Source: Eledone cirrhosa
Taxonomy: Eukaryota
NCBI GenBank assembly: GCA_964016885.1
Contig: OZ024742.1
Span: 4,154,001 to 4,218,000, forward strand
Reading direction: 5' to 3'
DNA: 64,000 bases
Shown: one piece after another, positions 54,525-64,000 of the stretch
How the letters are laid out: every line of letters begins with the position of its first letter
Numbering within the stretch: position 1 is the first letter of the stretch
Notes under the pieces: model-generated
The model's input: only the letters and a program-made list of their open reading frames with translations
Database searches by the model: none
What the model was told of the DNA's origin: nothing
Program-made: the position numbers and the translations under genes

Positions 54525-54895
54525 TATATTAATAAGAAGAATTCCAACTTTGTCTGATTTACTCGTTTTATTTACAATCCTTTAAAATATATAATGGTAT
54601 TATAATGAAATAGTATGATAGAATATTAAATTCTAAGTGTTAATTGAACAAGTACTTTCGCAATCTTCAGGTTCATAATATGTGGTGACAGTCAAGTTTG
54701 CAATTTTCATTGAAAATTGCAAACTTGACTGTCACCACATATTATGAACCTGAAGATTGCGAAAGCATGAAAGTACTTGTTCAATTAACACTTAGAATTT
54801 AATATTCTATCATACTATTTCATTATAATACCATTATATATTTTAAAGGATTGTAAATAAAACGAGTAAATCAGACAAAGTTGGAATTCCTCTTA

Positions 54896-54902
<7 letters not shown>
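54525..54902. repeat. Near-perfect ~375-bp palindrome (arms ~185 bp)
   Basis: Centre GCAATTTTCATTGAAAATTGC at ~54710. Followed by (TA)n. Confidence 0.95.
54745..54783 (+). ncRNA. Minimal type I hammerhead ribozyme motif
   Basis: TGAAC-CTGAAGA-TTGCGAAAGCAT-GAAA-GTAC-TT-GTTCA. Confidence 0.75.
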
Positions 54903-54941
<39 letters not shown>

Positions 54942-55049
54942 CATCGTTTGATATGTGAGTTGTTTTCGATGCATAGTATTGCTGGCCATACGCATGACCC
55001 TACCAGGATAAAAAGCCATTACTCGAAAGTTGCAGCCATCATCATCATC

Positions 55050-55087
<38 letters not shown>

Positions 55088-55604
55088 TTGTATGTATGTA
55101 TGTATATATGTATAAGATGTAAGGGGCTCTGGATAAAGGTGTCTGGCAATTCTCATTGGGAGTGGATACACTGGTCCTAATCCATCAAGTAAAGTTCTTA
55201 AATCTGGCACCTGTTGCCCCACCCTGCAAGACAACGTCAGCTGACGGACTAGATCACTGGAGAGGGTGATGTTTGCGAGACATAACTGGGCAGATGGATT
55301 TGTCTGTGTTTAGAGTCAACGGTCATGATGGAAGTGCTTCCCGAAAAGATGTCAACTGCCATGTATCCGTAATTGGAGTGAACCACCTAACTGGTGGATG
55401 TCGATTGTGTTGAAGCCCTGAGAGGAATGGACTCCACCGGATGGTATAAGCAGAAGAGACATCGCGTAAGGAGCAATATATTATCATAGCCCATATCAAC
55501 TCGGTCATGTTACGGATGTATAAGGACTGCACCTTTCGTTAAATACCAAGGGGTGGGGTTAATTATACAACAGGTAAAATGTCGATATAGAAGTTTCTAA
55601 CGAG

Positions 55605-58600
55605 AGGCTACGTCATACCCATAACATAGTCTGAAATAACACTGGGCAAACCAGAAACTACATCATACCCATAACATGGACTGACAGAACACTGGGCAAA
55701 AAAGAAACTACGCCATACCCATAACATGGACTGACAGAACACTGGTCAAACCAGAAACTACGTCATGCCCATAACAAGTACTGACAGAACACTGGTCAAA
55801 CCAGAAACTACATCATACTCATAACATGGACTGACATAACACTGGTCAAACCAGACACTAGGCCATACCCATAACATGGACTGACAGAACACTGGTCAAA
55901 CCAGAAACTACATCATACTCATGACATGGACTGACATAACACTGGACAAACCATACACTAGGCCATACCCATAACATGGACTGACAGAACACTGGTCAAA
56001 CCAGAAACTACATCATACCCATAACATGGACTGACAGAACACTGCTCAAACCAGAAACTACATCATACCCATAACATGGACTGACAGAACACTGGTCAAA
56101 CAAGAAACTACATCATACTCATAACATGGACTGACATAACACTGGTCAAACCAGAAACTACGCCATACCCATAACATGGACTGACATAACACTGGTCAAA
56201 CCAGAAACTACGCCATACCCATAACATGGAGTGACAGAACACTGGTCAAACCAGAAACTACGCCATACCCATAACATGAACTGACATAACACTGGTCAAA
56301 CCAGAAACTACGCCATACCAATAACATGGACTGACAGAACACTGGTCAAACCAGAAACTACGTCATACCCATAACATGGACTGACATAACACTGGTCAAA
56401 CCAGAAACTACATCATACCCATAACATGGATTGACATAACACTGGTCAAACCAGAAACTACATCATACCCATAACATGGACTGACATAACACTGGTAAAA
56501 CCAGAAACTACATCACACCCATAACATGGACTGACATAACACTGGTCAAACCAGAAACTACGTCATACCCATAACATGGACTGACAGAACACTGGTCAAA
56601 CCAGAAACTACGTCATACCCATAACATGGACTGACATAACACCGGTCAAACCAGAAACTACATCGTACCCATAACATGGACTGACATAACACTGGTCAAA
56701 CAAGAAACTACATCATACCCCTAACATGGACTGACAGAACACTGGTCAAACCAGAAACTACGCCATACCCATAAAATAGACTGACAAAACACTGGTCAAA
56801 CCAGAAATTAGGCCATACACATAACATGGACTGACAGAACACTGGTCAAACCAGAAACTAGGCCATACACATAACATGGACTGACAGAACACTGGTCAAA
56901 ACAGAAACTACGCCATACCCATAACATGGACTGACAGAACACTGGTCAAACCAGAAACTACATCATACCCATAACATGGACTGACAGAACACTGGTCAAA
57001 CCAGAAACTACATCATGCCCATAACATGGACTGACAGAACACTGGTCAAACCAGAAACTAGGCCATACCCATAACATGGACCTGACATAACACTGGTCAA
57101 ACCAGAAACTAGGCCATACCCATAACATAGACTGACAGAACACTGGTCAAACAAGAATCTACATCATACCCATAACATGGACTGACATAACACTGGTCAA
57201 ACCAGAAACTAGGCCATACCCATAACATGGACTGACAGAACACTGGTCAAACAAGAAACTACATCATACCCATAACATGGACTGACATGACACTGGTCAA
57301 ACCAGAAACTACGCCATACCCATAACATAGACTGACAGAACACTGGTCAAACAAGAAACTACATCATACACATAACATGGACTGAAATAGCACAGGTCAA
57401 TCCAGAAACTACGTCATACCCATAACATGGACTGACATAACACTGGTCAAACCAGAAACTACATCATACCCATAACATGGACTGACATAACACTGGTCAA
57501 ACCAGAAACTAAGCCATACCCATAACATGGACTGACATAACACTAGTTAAACCAGAAACTAGGACATACCCATAACATGGACTGACATAACACTGGTCAA
57601 ACTAGAAACTACATCATACCCATAACATGGACTGACATAACACTGGTCAAACCAGAAAATAAATCATACACATAACATGGACTGACATAACACTGGTCAA
57701 ACCAGAAACTACGTCATACCCATAACATGGACTGACAGAACAATGGTCAAACCAGAAACTATATCATACCCCTAACATGGACTGACAGAACACTGGTCAG
57801 ACCAGAAACTACGCCATACCCATAAAATAGACTGACAAAACACTGGTCAAACCAGAAACTAGGCCATACACATAACATGGACTGTCAGAACACTGGTCAA
57901 ACAAGAAACTAGGCCATACACATAACATGGACTGACAGAACACTGGTCAAACCAGAAACTGCGCCATACCCATAACATAGACTGTCAGAACACTGGTCAA
58001 ACCAGAAACTACATCATACCCATAACATAGACTGACAGAACACTGGTCAAACCAGAAACTAGGCCAGACACATAACATGGACTGACAGAACACTGGTCAA
58101 ACCAGAAACTAGGCCATACCTATAACATAGCCTGACAAAACACTGGTCGAACCAGAAACTATGCCATACCCATAACATGGACTGACATAACACTGGTCAA
58201 ACCAGAAACTACATCATACCCATAACATGGACTGACAGAGCACTGGTCATATCAGAAACTACATCATACCCATAACATGGACTGACAGAACACTGGTCAA
58301 ACCAGAAACTACCTGATACCCATAACATGGACTGAGATAACACTGGTCAAACCAGAAACTACGCCATAACCATAACATAGACTGTCAGAACACTGGTCAA
58401 ACCAGAAACTACGTCATACCCATAACATGGACTGACATAACACTGGTCAAACCAGAAACTATATCATACCCATAACATGGACTGACATAACACTGGTGAA
58501 ACCAGAAACTATATCATACCCCTAACATGGACTGATAGAACATTGGTCAAACAAGAAATTACATCATACCCATAACATGGACTGACAGAACACTGGTCAA

Positions 58601-61600
58601 ACCAGAAACTACGCCATACCCATAACATGGAGTGACATAACACTGGTCAAACCAGAAACTACGTCATACCCATAACAAGGACTGACATAACACTGGACAA
58701 AACAGAAACTACATCATACCCATAACATGGACTGACATAACACTGGTCAAACCAGAAACTACGCCATACCCATAACATGGACTGACAGAACACTGGTCAA
58801 ACCAGAAACTACGTCATACCCATAACATGGACTGACATAACACCGGTCAAACCAGAAACTACATCATACCCATAACATGGACTGACATAACACCGGTCAA
58901 ACCAGAAACTACCTGATACCCATAACATGGACTGACATAACACTGGTCAAACCAGAAACTACGCCATAACCATAACATAGACTGTCAGAACACTGGTCAA
59001 ACCAGAAACTACGTCATACCCATAACATGGACTGACATAACACTGGTCAAACCAGAAACTACATCATACCCAGAACATGGACTAACATAACACTGGTCAA
59101 ACCAGAAACTATATCATACCCCTAACATGGACTGATAGAACATTGGTCAAACAAGAAATTACATCATACCCATAACATGGACTGACAGAACACTGGTCAA
59201 ACCAGAAACTACGCCATACCCATAACATGGAGTGACATAACACTGGTCAAACCAGAAACTACGTCACACCCATAACAAGGACTGACATAACACTGGACAA
59301 AACAGAAACTACATCATACCCATAACATGTACTGACAGAAGACTGGTCAAACCAGAAACTACGCCATACCCATAAAATAGACTGACAAAACACTGGTCAA
59401 ACCAGAAATTAGGCCATACACATAACATGGACTGACAGAACACTGGTCAAACCAGAAACTAGGCCATACACATAACATGGACTGACAGAACACTGGTCAA
59501 AACAGAAACTACGCCATACCCATAACATGGACTGACAGAACACTGGTCAAACCAGAAACTACATCATGCACATAACATGGACTGACAGAACACTGGTCAA
59601 ACCAGAAACTAGGCCATACACATAACATGGACTGACAGAACACTGGTCAAAACAGAAACTACGCCATACCCATAACATGGACTGACAGAACACTGGTCAA
59701 ACCAGAAACTACATCATACCCATAACATGGACTGACAGAACACTGGTCAAACCAGAAACTACATCATGCCCATAACATGGACTGACAGAACACTGGTCAA
59801 ACCAGAAACTAGGCCATACCCATAACATGGACCTGACATAACACTGGTCAAACCAGAAACTAGGCCATACCCATAACATAGACTGACAGAACACTGGTCA
59901 AACAAGAATCTACATCATACCCATAACATGGACTGACATAACACTGGTCAAACCAGAAACTAGGCCATACCCATAACATGGACTGACAGAACACTGGTCA
60001 AACAAGAAACTACATCATACCCATAACATGGACTGACATGACACTGGTCAAACCAGAAACTACGCCATACCCATAACATAGACTGACAGAACACTGGTCA
60101 AACAAGAAACTACATCATACACATAACATGGACTGAAATAGCACAGGTCAATCCAGAAACTACGTCATACCCATAACATGGACTGACATAACACTGGTCA
60201 AACCAGAAACTACATCATACCCATAACATGGACTGACATAACACTGGTCAAACCAGAAACTAAGCCATACCCATAACATGGACTGACATAACACTAGTTA
60301 AACCAGAAACTAGGACATACCCATAACATGGACTGACATAACACTGGTCAAACTAGAAACTACATCATACCCATAACATGGACTGACATAACACTGGTCA
60401 AACCAGAAAATAAATCATACACATAACATGGACTGACATAACACTGGTCAAACCAGAAACTACGTCATACCCATAACATGGACTGACAGAACAATGGTCA
60501 AACCAGAAACTATATCATACCCCTAACATGGACTGACAGAACACTGGTCAGACCAGAAACTACGCCATACCCATAAAATAGACTGTCAGAACACTGGTCA
60601 AACAAGAAACTAGGCCATACACATAACATGGACTGACAGAACACTGGTCAAACCAGAAACTACGCCATACCCATAACATAGACTGTCAGAACACTGGTCA
60701 AACCAGAAACTACATCATACCCATAACATAGACTGACAGAACACTGGTCAAACCAGAAACTAGGCCAGACACATAACATGGACTGACAGAACACTGGTCA
60801 AACCAGAAACTACATCATACCCATAACATGGACTGACAGAGCACTGGTCATATCAGAAACTACATCATACCCATAACATGGACTGACAGAACACTGGTCA
60901 AACCAGAAACTACCTGATACCCATAACATGGACTGAGATAACACTGGTCAAACCAGAAACTACGCCATAACCATAACATAGACTGTCAGAACACTGGTCA
61001 AACCAGAAACTACGTCATACCCATAACATGGACTGACATAACACTGGTCAAACCAGAAACTACATCATACCCATAACATGGACTGACATAACACTTGTCA
61101 AACCAGAAACTATATCATACCCCTAACATGGACTGATAGAACATTGGTCAAACAAGAAATTACATCATACCCATAACATGGACTGACAGAACACTGGTCA
61201 AACCAGAAACTACGCCATACCCATAACATGGAGTGACATAACACTGGTCAAACCAGAAACTACGTCATACCCATAACAAGGACTGACATAACACTGGACA
61301 AAACAGAAACTACATCATACCCATAACATGGACTGACATAACACTGGTCAAACCAGAAACTACGCCATACCCATAACATGGACTGACAGAACACTGGTCA
61401 AACCAGAAACTACGTCATACCCATAACATGGACTGACATAACACCGGTCAAACCAGAAACTACATCATACCCATAACATGGACTGACATAACACCGGTCA
61501 AACCAGAAACTACCTGATACCCATAACATGGACTGACATAACACTGGTCAAACCAGAAACTACGCCATAACCATAACATAGACTGTCAGAACACTGGTCA

Positions 61601-64000
61601 AACCAGAAACTACGTCATACCCATAACATGGACTGACATAACACTGGTCAAACCAGAAACTACATCATACCCAGAACATGGACTAACATAACACTGGTCA
61701 AACCAGAAACTATATCATACCCCTAACATGGACTGATAGAACATTGGTCAAACAAGAAATTACATCATACCCATAACATGGACTGACAGAACACTGGTCA
61801 AACGAGAAACTACGCCATACCCATAACATGGAGTGACATAACACTGGTCAAACCAGAAACTACGTCACACCCATAACAAGGACTGACATAACACTGGACA
61901 AAACAGAAACTACATCATACCCATAACATGTACTGACAGAAGACTGGTCAAACCAGAAACTACGCCATACCCATAAAATAGACTGACAAAACACTGGTCA
62001 AACCAGAAATTAGGCCATACACATAACATGGACTGACAGAACACTGGTCAAACCAGAAACTAGGCCATACACATAACATGGACTGACAGAACACTGGTCA
62101 AAACAGAAACTACGCCATACCCATAACATGGACTGACAGAACACTGGTCAAACAAGAAACTACATCATACCCATAACATGGACTGACAGAACACTGGTCA
62201 AACCAGAAACTACATCATGCACATAACATGGACTGACAGAACACTGGTCAAACCAGAAACTGGGCCATAACCATAACATGGACCTGACATAACACTGGTC
62301 AAACCAGAAACTAGGCCATACCCATAACATAGACTGACAGAACACTGGTCAAACAAGAATCTACATCATACCCATAACATGGACTGACATAACACTGGTC
62401 AAACCAGAAACTAGGCCATACCCATAACATGGACTGACAGAACACTGGTCAAACAAGAAACTACATCATACCCATAACATGGACTGACATAACACTGGTC
62501 AAACCAGAAACTACGCCATACCCATAACATAGACTGACAGAACACTGGTCAAACAAGAAACTACATCATACCCATAACATGGACTGAAATAGCACTGGTC
62601 AAACCAGAAACTACGTCATACCCATAACATGGACTGACAGAACACTGGTCAAACCAGAAACTACATCATACCCATAACATGGACTGACATGACACTGGTC
62701 AAACCAGAAACTAAGCCATACCCATAACATGGACTTACATAACAATAGTTAAACCAGAAACTAGGACATACCCATAACATGGACTGACATAACACTGGTC
62801 AAACTAGAAACTACATCATACCCATAACATGGACTGACATAACACTGGTCAAACCAGAAAATAAATCATACCCATAACATGGACTGACATAACACTGGTC
62901 AAACCAGAAACTACGTCATACCCATAACATGGACTGACAGAACAATGGTCAAACCAGAAACTATATCATACCCCTAACATGGACTGACAGAACACTGGTC
63001 AAACCAGAAACTACGCCATACCCATAAAATAGACTGACAAAACACTGGTCAAACCAGAAACTAGGCCATACACATAACATGGACTGTCAGAACACTGGTT
63101 AAACCAGAAACTAGGCCATACACATAACATGGACTGACAGAACACTGGTCAAACCAGAAACTACGCCATACCCATAACATAGACTGTCAGAACACTGGTC
63201 AAACCAGAAACTACATCATACCCATAACATGGACTGACAGAGCACTGGTCATATCAGAAACTACATCATACCCATAACATGGACTGACATAACACTGGTC
63301 AAACCAGAAACTACGCCATAACCATAACATAGACTGTCAGAACACTGGTCAAACCAGAAACTACGTCATACCCATAACATGGACTGACATAACACTGGTC
63401 AAACCAGAAACTACATCATACCCATAACATGGACTGACATAACACTGGTCATACCAGAAACTACATCATACCCATAACATGGACTGACACAACCCTGGTC
63501 AAACCAGAAATTACATCATACCTATAACATGGACTGACAGAACACTGGTCAAACCAGAAACTACATCATACCCATAACATGGACTGACAGAACACTGGCC
63601 AAACTAGAAACTACATCATACCCATAACATAGACTGACATAACGCTGGTCAAACCAGAAACTAGGCCATACACATATCATGGACTGACAGAACACTGGTC
63701 AAACCAGAAACGACATCATACCCATAACATGTACTGACAGAACACTGGTCAAACCAGAAACTACATCATACCCATAACATGGACTGACAGAACACTGGTC
63801 AAACCAGAAACTACATCATACCCATAACATGGACTGACAGAACACTGTTCAAACCAGAAACTACATCATACCCATAACATGGGCTGACAGAACACTGGTC
63901 AAACCAGAAATTAGGCCATACACATAACATGGACTGACAGAACACTGGTCAAACCAGAAACTAGGCCATACACATAACATGGACTGACAGAACACTGGTC
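55605..64000 (+). repeat. 50-bp satellite array (~168 units, runs off the window) with higher-order repeats
   Basis: Unit ACTACATCATACCCATAACATGGACTGACAGAACACTGGTCAAACCAGAA. A 1-nt insertion marker recurs at ~57080, ~59831 and ~62282. Confidence 0.98.

Noticed and set aside
55120-55560. Possible LINE 5' region or coding fragment
   Set aside because: No diagnostic motif was recognised, so it is left unannotated.
55605-64000. CRISPR array
   Set aside because: Units are head-to-tail with no unique spacers, there are no cas genes, and the context is eukaryotic.

Overview
Repeat-saturated, AT-rich eukaryotic DNA with no recognisable intact host gene. The SINE family, the microsatellite load and the retroelement mix suggest an invertebrate, probably a cephalopod such as Octopus (inference). 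Bases 1-20 kb are a stack of decayed non-LTR retrotransposons inserted in microsatellites: Tx1/L1-like, RTE (one with three C2H2 fingers, one lacking its endonuclease) and R4/Dong-like RLE elements. Bases 20-25 kb hold a ~600-bp inverted duplication and SINEs. Bases 25.3-35.7 kb are a 10-kb G/T-only triplet array. Bases 37.5-55 kb are a cluster of Penelope-like elements (RT + C-terminal GIY-YIG) in (TA)n tracts, with inverted arms, a 7-bp satellite and long palindromes. A 50-bp satellite with higher-order structure runs from 55.6 kb to the end. The main finding is a set of at least five type I hammerhead ribozyme motifs near the 3' ends of the Penelope-like elements. All have a self-complementary stem III, and stem II ranges from 12 to about 105 nt. 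A candidate HDV-like ribozyme also lies at the 5' end of the RTE at 17.8 kb. All calls were made by eye; no searches or folding programs were run.
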